Of a DNA stretch of 64,000 bases, positions 48,668 through 57,560 are shown one piece after another; within the stretch, counting starts at the first letter, position 1; every line of letters starts with the position of its first letter. The notes under the pieces were generated by a model. The model was not told where the DNA came from. It worked only from the letters and a program-made list of their open reading frames with translations, and did not search any database. The DNA comes from Candidatus Poribacteria bacterium (lineage in GTDB: Bacteria > Poribacteria > WGA-4E > GCA-2687025), in assembly GCA_963665845.2 (NCBI GenBank), contig OY762492.1:512001-576000 (forward strand), written 5' to 3'. The position numbers were made by a program, and so were the translations under genes.

Positions 48668-49216
48668 TTATTCCTCATCAGCCGCGCCGCCGAGCGTCGC
48701 AGCGGCAGAAAGGTCTGGGGGCATCTTGATAGTCGGAGCGGCGATCAGGGGCGGTTCCCATGACAGCAGCCCCGCTAAATCGGGCGATTCTATTCTCCCT
48801 GCCCAGTACGCTCTCGAAGGCGTATAGGACACGAGTTGCCATTTTCCGCCGCGCCAACGTCGATTCGATGCGGAAACCGCCTGCACATAGATGTCCTGTC
48901 CGATCGGAACATTCTTGAAGCGGTAAAATCCGTTTTGATCGGTGTTTGCTGTCCTTGTTTTACCGCCGGCGGAGTATTGCACAATGCATGCGTTATTCCA
49001 ACGCCCCCGCAATGACCGGCGCTCTCCTGTGTCTAGCGGAGTCTCGTCGGATGCGCATATCACCGACCCGACCAGCTCGCCGGTGAGAACGACATCGCGC
49101 AAACCTGCAGCCGCAGCCGCCAAAGCCAGAACCGCCAAACCGGCAGCAACCGCCGCTAAAAACCATTTTTCAGCGGAAGACAGCTTTTGAAACCAAACGC
49201 GAATTTCAATGCGCAT
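48668..49216 (-). CDS. Membrane-anchored hypothetical protein (carboxypeptidase-regulatory-like beta domain)
   Basis: N-terminal TM; TDQNGFYRFKNVP motif; upstream TTGACA-17-TAAAAT promoter (49284-49312). Confidence 0.55.
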   Translation of the reverse strand: MRIEIRVWFQKLSSAEKWFLAAVAAGLAVLALAAAAAGLRDVVLTGELVGSVICASDETPLDTGERRSLRGRWNNACIVQYSAGGKTRTANTDQNGFYRFKNVPIGQDIYVQAVSASNRRWRGGKWQLVSYTPSRAYWAGRIESPDLAGLLSWEPPLIAAPTIKMPPDLSAAATLGGAADEE

Positions 49217-49308
49217 CGGCTAAATCCCTTCGCAGCGCTATGGCGATGGAAGCGTCATGACGTCTAGAGCCGCGGCTTTAGCAATTTTAACGAAGACATA
49301 TCTCTGTG

Positions 49309-50424
49309 TCAAGCGCGTGTACTGACCTCACGTCTTAAGTTGGGACATCCCGGCATATGAGAAATTTCCACCTGATGAAAGCCCTCCTCTTTATTCAGCG
49401 CCACAGCGTTCGTCCCAATCGCAAGTTGTGTTTGAGCAGCACAAAAAGCGGAGAATAGCTCAACCGTTTTTTTACTGCAGACCTCCTCCCGCGCCGCCTC
49501 GCCAATGATATACGCCAGCGAATACGCAATCAGCGTCAGCGCGATCATCGTTTCCGCCCGATCCCGGCGCCTGTTCATCAGTTTGGAAAGGCGAAGAAGC
49601 GATTTCAGATCCTTGAAACTCTCCTCAATCGTCATCCGGCCCCTGTAAATCTCCAGCCCCTTCTGCGGATCCTCCAAAGAGGTCATCACCCAGAGCGGCT
49701 GCGAGCAACCCGCCTCCCAAACACCAGCCAAATGAACCGGTATCCGCCCCTTGTAATACACATTCTTCAAGACGCACACTTTCCCCCTCGAAATGTTCAA
49801 CTGCGCGGGATTGCCGGACTTGTCCGTGAACTTCACGCCGCTGCCCGTATTGAGACGAATCACAAATGGCTGCTTCTTCGCGCGCAACTGCTCGAGAAAC
49901 CCTTCGTAACTGAACTCGCGGTCGAAGACAAGAGGGACATCCTCAATCAGTTTCCAGACCTTCTCCAGCGCCCGGATATGCTCAGTATTCCGAGACACGC
50001 ATTCAGAATGGATCGTTTTCGAGGAATAAACAGTGGCGTAGAACGGGATCACGCGCCCGCCGCGCGGTGTCCCTAGCATCAGCATCCAATAGCCGCGCCG
50101 GTTGTCTTTCAATCTGCCGACATATTCTGTCCGCTTCGCATGCGGGCGTTCGATTTCGGTCACATCGCCCACAACAAAGGGCGCGTCTTCATCGAATAAT
50201 CGCATCAGCGGCATGCAGGGATCCACGGTATTCAAGAAGCGGTTGAGAGCTTTGTTGTTTGCATTGGGGCTGGTTCCTTCCATCGCATGGCTGATGTCGG
50301 ACAGCCGGGGCGAGCCTGCTTTGAGGATCCCATGGAGAACGCGCGAGACGAGATTCGCGCCTTCGGCGAATATCTGTTGAACGAACGGAACGAGATCGGC
50401 GGGTCGTACCCTATTTTTCAGCAT
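49309..50424 (-). CDS. IS4-like DDE transposase (possibly frameshifted near C-terminus)
   Basis: VGDVT, VFDREF, YRGRMTIEESFKDLK (YREK); ORF runs past the TIR. Confidence 0.85.
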   Translation of the reverse strand: MLKNRVRPADLVPFVQQIFAEGANLVSRVLHGILKAGSPRLSDISHAMEGTSPNANNKALNRFLNTVDPCMPLMRLFDEDAPFVVGDVTEIERPHAKRTEYVGRLKDNRRGYWMLMLGTPRGGRVIPFYATVYSSKTIHSECVSRNTEHIRALEKVWKLIEDVPLVFDREFSYEGFLEQLRAKKQPFVIRLNTGSGVKFTDKSGNPAQLNISRGKVCVLKNVYYKGRIPVHLAGVWEAGCSQPLWVMTSLEDPQKGLEIYRGRMTIEESFKDLKSLLRLSKLMNRRRDRAETMIALTLIAYSLAYIIGEAAREEVCSKKTVELFSAFCAAQTQLAIGTNAVALNKEEGFHQVEISHMPGCPNLRREVSTRA

Positions 50425-50588
50425 CTGGATGATTCCTGTTGGAGAGCCTGTAAAGTAGAGTTCCGAAGCAGACGGTTGATCTGCCTCTCCATATCGTAAT
50501 TGTCCACAGCCGGGACTTCAAGATGCGCGAAGCGCGGTCGTTAGCCGAATCCTAAAGCGGAATGTCCCAACTTTAGGCATGAGGTCAG
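49322..50588 (-). mobile_element. IS4-like DDE insertion sequence
   Basis: TIRs ctgacctcacgtcttaagttgggacat / atgtcccaactttaggcatgaggtcag. Confidence 0.88.
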
Positions 50589-50599
50589 AGACAAACCGC

Positions 50600-50628
50600 T
50601 TGAACGGCGCGGCGGTTTGCCGTATCAT
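50600..50628 (+). promoter_or_regulatory. sigma70-like promoter
   Basis: TTGAAC-17 nt-TATCAT. Confidence 0.6.
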
Positions 50629-50665
50629 GCTCCGAACATCAACATAAACGAAGGAGCGCAACCCT

Positions 50666-51430
50666 ATGAAGTTCGGAATCCGCGACGGAATGCTGCGAGT
50701 TCCGTTTGAAGAACGGTTTCAAAAAGCGGGCGAGCTGGGATTTGACGGCGTGGAGCTGTGCCTCGGCGGCGACTACCGGCAGCACCCGCTTTTCTCGGAT
50801 GAAGGCGTTGAGAAGCTGCTGAAGCTGTCTGAAGAGGCGGGCGTCGCCGTCTCATCCTTCTCGCCGGGCGCGTTTACCGGCGTTTCATACCTGAACCCTG
50901 ACGACGACAAGCGGCGGGAAGGCATTGAAAAGCTGAATCATCTGTCGAACGTCGCGCCGCAATTCGGCGTGGAAGCGATACTGGTGCCGTTCTTCGGCGG
51001 AGGCGCCATACCCGCCGACCGCGTGACCGATCAGCGGCTCATCGACGGCGTCAGGGAAACTGCGGAGACCGCCGCAGAAAACGGCGTCACGCTCGCGCTG
51101 GAAACGACCCTGAACGCGGAGCAGCATATCGCGCTCATCGACGCCGCCGACTGCGGATCGGTCGCCGTCTATTACGACATGGGCAACGCGACCAGCGCCG
51201 GCTACGACTCGCCCAGCGAAATACGCCGACTCGGCTCCAAGTATATCGGCAGGATTCACATGAAAGACACGGGCGGCAACCACCTCGGCGAAGGCGGCGT
51301 CGACTTTGACGCGGTCGGGCAAGCGATCAAGGCGATTGGTTACGACTCATGGCTGGTGCTGGAGACGCCGGCTCCGGGGGACGCATCGAACCGCAAAAAT
51401 CTTGATTTCACGCGCAATCTTGCGGCGTGA
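50666..51430 (+). CDS. Sugar phosphate isomerase/epimerase
   Basis: GFDGVEL, ALET, YYDMGN, IHMKD, LETP. Confidence 0.88.
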   Translation: MKFGIRDGMLRVPFEERFQKAGELGFDGVELCLGGDYRQHPLFSDEGVEKLLKLSEEAGVAVSSFSPGAFTGVSYLNPDDDKRREGIEKLNHLSNVAPQFGVEAILVPFFGGGAIPADRVTDQRLIDGVRETAETAAENGVTLALETTLNAEQHIALIDAADCGSVAVYYDMGNATSAGYDSPSEIRRLGSKYIGRIHMKDTGGNHLGEGGVDFDAVGQAIKAIGYDSWLVLETPAPGDASNRKNLDFTRNLAA

Positions 51431-51442
51431 CTGGACGCGCGC

Positions 51443-53047
51443 ATGACCCTGGAGGCTGTGTGGCCCGCGCTTCTGCTTGGGGCGTTGACATTGTCGCTCG
51501 GCTGGGGCGTTCGCGGCAATTTTGGACATGAATCGGGGGCGGCTCTGCCCGGCGCGCTGGCGGCAATGGCGCTGGTCCTGGCGTCCGGCCGCCCCGACTG
51601 GATGGAGCGGATTCATCTGATCGCGCTCGCCGCCGCCCTCGGATGGTCAATCGGCGGCAGCATGTCCTACATGCAGGTTGTCGGATACACCCATTCTGGA
51701 CATGCGCCAACCGTTCTCTACGGATTTGCGAACCTGTTTGCGATCGGTTTTCTGTGGGCATTTCCCGGCGGAATCGGCTTCGGCATGGCGGCGTCGCTTC
51801 CCGCTGAACAGATAACGCTCTTCCTAACGCCGATCGGAGCGGCTGTCGGCGGCTGGATTTTACAGGAGGCGCTGGTCGACAGGTTCGTCAAAACGCCCTC
51901 CAACCGGCGCCATGAAAGCCCGCTTTACTGGCGCGACTCCGACTGGCTAGAGGCGTTGACCGCCGCGGCGGCTTTCGGACTTGTCGCGCTGTTTCGCGGC
52001 GGCTTTGACATCGCCACCTCATTTCTGACGCATCTGGCGGTCGGCTGGTACGGCGGCTTTCTTGTTCTGGCGATGGCGCTCAACTGGCGCATGACGCCCC
52101 CGCGCGGAGACAACTGGGCGGGCTGCGTCGGCGTATGCGCCGGCGCGGCGGTCTTCTGCCTGCGCGAATCGATGACCGGCATACTCGCCGCCGCGCTCAT
52201 CGCGGCGCTGATTGGCGGCGTCGGTTTCGCCTTCGCCCAGATACTGAAACTGATCTGGATACGAACAGGCTTGCAGGCGAACTGGCACAGCGGCATGGAG
52301 CAGAAACAGGGCGCGTTCTTCGGTTTAGGCTTCGCCGCCGCGATGCTGTTTTTGGCGGGGCGCGCGCCGATCCGTCTGGGAGAGAGGCTGCCGCTCGGCG
52401 CGCATCTGTTCGCGCTCGCGTTTCTACTGGTTGCGCTGCTATACGTGAACCACCGCAAAGCGGCCGGCGCATGGGTTCAACAGATCGACTCGCTGCCTGA
52501 ACGCATGTACGGGCTGCCGGTTGTGGGATGGCTGCGCGGCTCGCGCGGCTGGTTGGGCTGGTTTGAACTGCTGTATCTATGCGTCGGGGCGGTCGTTTTA
52601 GGGCTGACATGGGCGCATGACAAGATCGGTCTGCCGTTCGTTCCGTCGTCCGCGTTCGGACGCGGTCAGGCGCTTTGCTTGCTGTTTATGTTCTGGATCG
52701 TTCTCTTTAATTTCGAACGCGCCCTTCCCAGTTTCGCTCCCGGCCGTTTGATGACGGAGGGAACCATCGCGCTGAACGCCCTTGTCTGCGCGGCGCTGAT
52801 CGGTCTTCTGCCGCTGTGGACAGCGGAGCGGACGGTTTCGTCGGCTCACGAGCTGACAGGCGCCTTTTTTGGTTCTGTTTTAGGTTACGGCTTCCTCGCC
52901 GCGGCCGGCGTCACGGCGCTGGGATGGACGGTCTCCCGCGCCTTGTTCGGCAAGAAACATGCGCCCGGCGCCGGGCTGCATATCCGCTTTGGACCTGACC
53001 GAAACGCCATCGCAGAGAAACCGAAACGCGGCTCCCGTCATCCTTAG
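51443..53047 (+). CDS. Conserved hypothetical polytopic membrane protein
   Basis: GWGVRGNFGHESGA, GGSMSY; many TM segments. Confidence 0.75.
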   Translation: MTLEAVWPALLLGALTLSLGWGVRGNFGHESGAALPGALAAMALVLASGRPDWMERIHLIALAAALGWSIGGSMSYMQVVGYTHSGHAPTVLYGFANLFAIGFLWAFPGGIGFGMAASLPAEQITLFLTPIGAAVGGWILQEALVDRFVKTPSNRRHESPLYWRDSDWLEALTAAAAFGLVALFRGGFDIATSFLTHLAVGWYGGFLVLAMALNWRMTPPRGDNWAGCVGVCAGAAVFCLRESMTGILAAALIAALIGGVGFAFAQILKLIWIRTGLQANWHSGMEQKQGAFFGLGFAAAMLFLAGRAPIRLGERLPLGAHLFALAFLLVALLYVNHRKAAGAWVQQIDSLPERMYGLPVVGWLRGSRGWLGWFELLYLCVGAVVLGLTWAHDKIGLPFVPSSAFGRGQALCLLFMFWIVLFNFERALPSFAPGRLMTEGTIALNALVCAALIGLLPLWTAERTVSSAHELTGAFFGSVLGYGFLAAAGVTALGWTVSRALFGKKHAPGAGLHIRFGPDRNAIAEKPKRGSRHP

Positions 53048-53108
53048 CTTGACGAAACGCGCTCATGTCCCATTTCGTTATGAGAGGCAAAGATGAGCGT
53101 TCAAAACG

Positions 53109-54824
53109 ATGGACAAGAAAAAGTACCGCGTACTGCGCAGCCTGTCCGAACTGGAGCCGTATCCTGTACTGGCGGTCGACACGGAGTGCGATTCGCTCAA
53201 TAAGATGCAAGCGCGCCTGTCGGGCGTCTCCTTCTGCGGAGAGCCTGGGCGCGCCTTCTGGCTCCCAGCCGAACATCTGCGCCCCCGACCCTTAGAGCGG
53301 CTGCTGCGCTCCAAACGGCTCATCTTCCACCATGCCAAATTCGACCTGACGCTCCTGCAGCGCCACGGCGTGGACTTAACCGACGCGGACCTCTTCGACA
53401 CGCTCATCGCGGCTCATCTGCTGGACGAAAACCGTTCAAAGTCGCTCAAACGGCTCGCGCATGACCTCCTCGGCGACGCCTCGGCGTTAGAAAACGAAGG
53501 CTATTTTGACGACCTGTATCAACGCCGCCTCTTCGGCGACAAGCCGACGCTGGAGCAATACGCCTGCGCGGACGCCGACTACACCTTTCAGCTTTATCTG
53601 CGGTTGAAGCCGCATATTGACCTGGAGCCGACGCTCGCGCACCTGTACTACACATGCGAACTGCCGACGATGCGCGTCCTGCGCAAGATGGAAATGACCG
53701 GCTTTCTGATCGATACGGAGCATCTAAAGCGGATCGGAAACGCTTACCGCCGGCGCATGCAGACGCTAGACCTGGAAATATGGGGGGCGGCGGGCAGGCA
53801 TTTCCGCGTCAACTCGCCCGTAGAAATCGCCCGCATCCTCTACACAGAACTAGACCTCCCATCAACGCGGCAAACCCGCCGGGGGCGTCCGTCGGTCAAC
53901 CAATGGGCTTTAGAAGCGCTTCGCCACCGCCATCCTGTCGTCCCCCTGCTGTTAGAGCGTCGGGAACTGAAAACGCTGCTGGACAATTATATCGACAAAC
54001 TGCCCCAGCTTACCCACCCCAAAACGGGGCGCATCCACTGCAGCTTCAACCAAACAGGTACAGTGACCGGCAGGCTCTCCTCCAACGACCCGAATCTGCA
54101 GGCGATACCGAGGGGCGACGCGGTGCGCTCCGCGTTTGTGGCAGGCGAAGGGCGCGTTCTGATCGATGTCGACTTTTCCCAAGTAGAGCTCCGCTGCGCC
54201 GCCCATTATGCGCAGGACCCGAAGATGATGGCGGCGTTTCAGCAGGAGGTGGACCTTCACAAGAAAACGATCGCCGATATGCTCCATAAGCCCATCGAAG
54301 ACGTGACCCCCGAAGAGCGCGCCCTCGCCAAAGCGATCAACTTTGGACTCATCTACGGCATGGGGGCAAAGTCGCTCTCGGCGACGACGGGGCTGTCGTT
54401 GACCGAAGCGGAAGCGTTTATCGACGCCTATTTCACCGCCTACAAAAAACTGCGCAGCATACGCAAGGAGGTCTTGGCATACACGCGCAAGCGGCGTTAT
54501 ATCGTCAGCATGTTTGGACGGCGGCGCCGTTTCCCGACAGGCGACGCGCGAACCGCCTTCAACTCCATGTTACAGGGAACGGCGGCGGACATCTGCCGCG
54601 CAAAGATGATCCGCCTAGACAGCGAGCTGCCGCCCGACACGCAGATGCTGGCGCAAATCCATGACGAGATCGTCTTTGAAGCGCCAGCCGAATGCGCCGA
54701 AGAGCGCGTCCAGCAGATCGTGGACATCATGCAGGCCCCGGTGCGCGGCTACAACAACCGCCCCTTCCGCGTCCCGATCCGCGTTGAAGCGGGCTACGGA
54801 CCCAACTGGGGCGCCGCCAAATAA
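53109..54824 (+). CDS. Family A DNA polymerase lacking the 5'-3' exonuclease (Klenow-like)
   Basis: Exo DTE, HAKFD, YACAD; TGRLSS..PNLQ; motif A DFSQVELR, motif B RALAKAINFG, motif C IHDE. Confidence 0.92.
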   Translation: MDKKKYRVLRSLSELEPYPVLAVDTECDSLNKMQARLSGVSFCGEPGRAFWLPAEHLRPRPLERLLRSKRLIFHHAKFDLTLLQRHGVDLTDADLFDTLIAAHLLDENRSKSLKRLAHDLLGDASALENEGYFDDLYQRRLFGDKPTLEQYACADADYTFQLYLRLKPHIDLEPTLAHLYYTCELPTMRVLRKMEMTGFLIDTEHLKRIGNAYRRRMQTLDLEIWGAAGRHFRVNSPVEIARILYTELDLPSTRQTRRGRPSVNQWALEALRHRHPVVPLLLERRELKTLLDNYIDKLPQLTHPKTGRIHCSFNQTGTVTGRLSSNDPNLQAIPRGDAVRSAFVAGEGRVLIDVDFSQVELRCAAHYAQDPKMMAAFQQEVDLHKKTIADMLHKPIEDVTPEERALAKAINFGLIYGMGAKSLSATTGLSLTEAEAFIDAYFTAYKKLRSIRKEVLAYTRKRRYIVSMFGRRRRFPTGDARTAFNSMLQGTAADICRAKMIRLDSELPPDTQMLAQIHDEIVFEAPAECAEERVQQIVDIMQAPVRGYNNRPFRVPIRVEAGYGPNWGAAK

Positions 54825-54827
54825 GGT

Positions 54828-56015
54828 TTACGCCAGCGCCTTGGCGATCCGCTTTACGCCTTCCTCAATCGTCTCCGCCGACGCCGCAAACGACAGGCGA
54901 ATGCATCGGTCGTCCCCGAACGCGCCGCCCGGAACGACCGCCGTCTGAACCGCCTCCAAAAGATAATCGGCGAGATCGAAGGAGCTTTCGATCCGCTTGC
55001 CGCCCAGCTCCCGCCCGTAATGCGCCGAGACGTTCGGGAACACATAAAACGCCCCCTGCGGACGCGCATAGGTGACGCCCTCGATGCCGTCCAGCAGCCC
55101 GCAGATCAGATCGCGCCGCTCTTGAAACGCTTCGCGCATGACGGCGACCGCGTCCTGCGGTCCGGTCAACGCTTCCAGCGCCGCTTTCTGCGCGATGGAG
55201 GTCGGGTTGGAGGTGCTGTGGCTCTGAATGCCCGCCATCGCCTTGACAAGAGACGCCGGACCGACCGTCCAGCCGACGCGCCAGCCCGTCATGGAGTAGG
55301 TCTTGGAGACGGCGTTGAAAATGACCGTCAGCGACTCCATCCCAGGACGCAGCGCCGCAAGGCTGTAAAACGGCAGATTGTCAAAAACCAGCTCATCGTA
55401 AATCTCGTCCGCGACAACATACAGATCATGTTCCAGCGCCAGCTCCGCCAGCGCTTCCAGCCGTTCCAGCGAATACATGGTGCCGGTCGGGTTGCTGGGG
55501 CTGTTGACGATGAACGCCTTCGTTCGGTCGGTTACGGCGGCGCGGGCGGCGTCCGGCGAGAGGGTGTAATTGTCCGCCTCCTCCGTCTCCACGACGACCG
55601 GGACGCCCCCCGCCAGTTTCACCATCTCGGTGTAGCTGACCCAGTAAGGCGCGGCGATGATCACCTCGTCGCCAGGGTCGCAGACGGCTTGAAAAAAGTT
55701 GTAAAGGGCATGCTTGCCGCCGCATGAGATCAGCACGTTTTCGGCGGCGTAATCGATGCCGTGCGTTTTTTGGAACCGCGCGGCGACCGCGTTTTTCAGC
55801 TCAACGGTTCCGGAAGCGGGGGTGTATTTGGTGAAGCCCGCGTCCAGCGCGTCTTTGGCGGCGTCTTTGATGTTGTCGGGCGTGTCAAAATCAGGCTCGC
55901 CCGCTCCAAAACCGATCACATCCAGCCCCTCGGCTTGCATCGCTTTCGCTTTGGCGCTGATGGCGAGCGTCGCCGAGGGGGTGACTCCCTGCGCCCGTTT
56001 CGATAATGCTTTGAT
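54828..56015 (-). CDS. Class I PLP-dependent (aspartate-type) aminotransferase; apparent ATC start
   Basis: GAGEPDF, NSPSNPTG, DEIY, SKTYSMTGWRVG; homology-like N-terminus LSKRAQGVTPSATLAI upstream of the first ATG. Confidence 0.9.
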   Translation of the reverse strand: MKALSKRAQGVTPSATLAISAKAKAMQAEGLDVIGFGAGEPDFDTPDNIKDAAKDALDAGFTKYTPASGTVELKNAVAARFQKTHGIDYAAENVLISCGGKHALYNFFQAVCDPGDEVIIAAPYWVSYTEMVKLAGGVPVVVETEEADNYTLSPDAARAAVTDRTKAFIVNSPSNPTGTMYSLERLEALAELALEHDLYVVADEIYDELVFDNLPFYSLAALRPGMESLTVIFNAVSKTYSMTGWRVGWTVGPASLVKAMAGIQSHSTSNPTSIAQKAALEALTGPQDAVAVMREAFQERRDLICGLLDGIEGVTYARPQGAFYVFPNVSAHYGRELGGKRIESSFDLADYLLEAVQTAVVPGGAFGDDRCIRLSFAASAETIEEGVKRIAKALA

Positions 56016-56062
56016 GGTTCCGCCCTTTCTTCTCTCTTCAAGTACGGCGTCAACTCAATAAA

Positions 56063-56230
56063 CTGACCGCATGTCTAAAATTGGGACAGCTGAACGACCA
56101 AAGCCTTTATTCATGGGAAAAAGGCGTTGCCGACCAGTTCGTCATTCCCGCGTAAGCGGGAATCTAGGGGCGCCTTAGAGGCAGTCCGCGTTCGCCTTCC
56201 GACATGTCCCAACTAAAGACGTAAGGTCAG
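56063..56230. mobile_element. MITE-A, complete 168-bp copy with ATAAA duplication
   Basis: TIRs ctgacc...ggtcag; ataaa on both sides. Confidence 0.85.
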
Positions 56231-56264
56231 ATAAAACGCTAACGCGCGCGGCGGCGAAGGTCAA

Positions 56265-56348
56265 TAAAAAATCCCCTGCCCGTAGCGGAGGGGAGGGGAT
56301 CAAACAAACCAAGGTTTCCACGAAGGAAACCAACTAGAAAGGAGATTA
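56265..56348 (-). ncRNA. Candidate small RNA (~84 nt)
   Basis: Promoter TTGACT-17-TATGCT (56383-56355), CTCCTTTC tract, GGTTTCC/GGAAACC hairpin, terminator ATCCCCT...AGGGGAT followed by a T run. Confidence 0.6.
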
Positions 56349-56397
56349 CGGTTGAGCATACATGGGCTTGGGGCGGGAGTCAAGAAAAAGATTCTGA

Positions 56398-56490
56398 CAG
56401 CAGTACCTATAGGCGATGATCTTTATTTGCGCGGCGGCCCGCCGATCCAGGCCGTCATTCCCGCGCAAGCGGGAATCCAGAGTTTCCCAA
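56398..56490. repeat. MITE-B left part with intact REP (empty IS110 target)
   Basis: tttgcgcggcggcccgccgatcca..ccgtcattcccgcgcaagcgggaatccagag, nearly identical to the IS110 copy 1 flank. Confidence 0.75.
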
Positions 56491-56606
56491 ACAGCCGCTT
56501 GCCCCGCCGCTATAAGCATAGGCAAACCGCGCAAACATGCAACGGCAGAAAGTAACTTGACGTCTATTGCGGTAAGCGGTATACAAACAGAGCGGGGAAG
56601 GAGACG

Positions 56607-57560
56607 ATGATGGAATCTAGCGAAACGGTCAAGGACAGAGCAGTCAACTGTATTTTGACGGGCGACGCCAGGGATCATATTCCCGGTCTGCCTCCTGTTG
56701 ACTTGAGTTTCTGGTCGCCTCCTTACTATGTCGGCAAATCCTATGAGCATGATTGGACATTTAACGACTGGCAAACTTTATTGCGGGATGTGATCGCTCT
56801 GCATGCGGACGCGGTCAAGCCTGGCGGATTTATGGTAGTGAACATTGGAGACATCCTCTGCTTTGCCGATCCCGCGATGCCGCGATTCCAGGCTGATAAT
56901 GTTCGCCGAAAGAGATGCCCCGTAACGAGGGAAGACGTTCTTGCGGCGATGGCTGAAAATCCAGACTGGAACCGATACCAGATCGCGGCGTTTCTTGGCT
57001 GCTCCGAGCAGACTGTCCAAAGGCGGCTTGAAGGCAACAATGTTCGGGGAGGCAAAAACGGAGTCCAGACGCGAGTCCTGTTGACAGGCCATATGGTATG
57101 CGAGTGGGCAACCAATACAGGCTTCTACCTGTATGATCGGCGCATCTGGCACAAGGATCCCTGTTGGGCGAACAGCCGCTGGCACTCGAATTCCTACCGG
57201 GCGGTAGACGAGTTTGAGTACATCTATGTTTTTTGGCGTCCTGGGGTTGTGAAGTACGACCGCGAACGCCTGGACGCCGAAGAATGGGCGCAATGGGGGT
57301 CGCGCGGAGTATGGTCCATTCCCTCGGTGCCGCGCAATGATCGGCACGAAGCCGAATTCCCCGAAGAATTGGCAAGGCGCGTGATCCTTTTATTTTCGCC
57401 TCATGCCGGAACCGTGTTGGACCCGTTTGTTGGAAGCGGAACGACCACCTCGGTTGCCCGCCGTCTAGGGCGCGAGTGGATCGGAATAGATAGGGACCCC
57501 AAGAGCGCCTGCATCGCAGAACGGCGAACGATGCAAGAACGGAATAATTGTGCATCCTGA
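56607..57560 (+). CDS. Beta-class DNA methyltransferase (probably N4-cytosine) with internal HTH
   Basis: SPPY motif IV near the N-terminus; HEAEFP; DPFVGSGTT motif I near the C-terminus. Confidence 0.9.
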   Translation: MMESSETVKDRAVNCILTGDARDHIPGLPPVDLSFWSPPYYVGKSYEHDWTFNDWQTLLRDVIALHADAVKPGGFMVVNIGDILCFADPAMPRFQADNVRRKRCPVTREDVLAAMAENPDWNRYQIAAFLGCSEQTVQRRLEGNNVRGGKNGVQTRVLLTGHMVCEWATNTGFYLYDRRIWHKDPCWANSRWHSNSYRAVDEFEYIYVFWRPGVVKYDRERLDAEEWAQWGSRGVWSIPSVPRNDRHEAEFPEELARRVILLFSPHAGTVLDPFVGSGTTTSVARRLGREWIGIDRDPKSACIAERRTMQERNNCAS

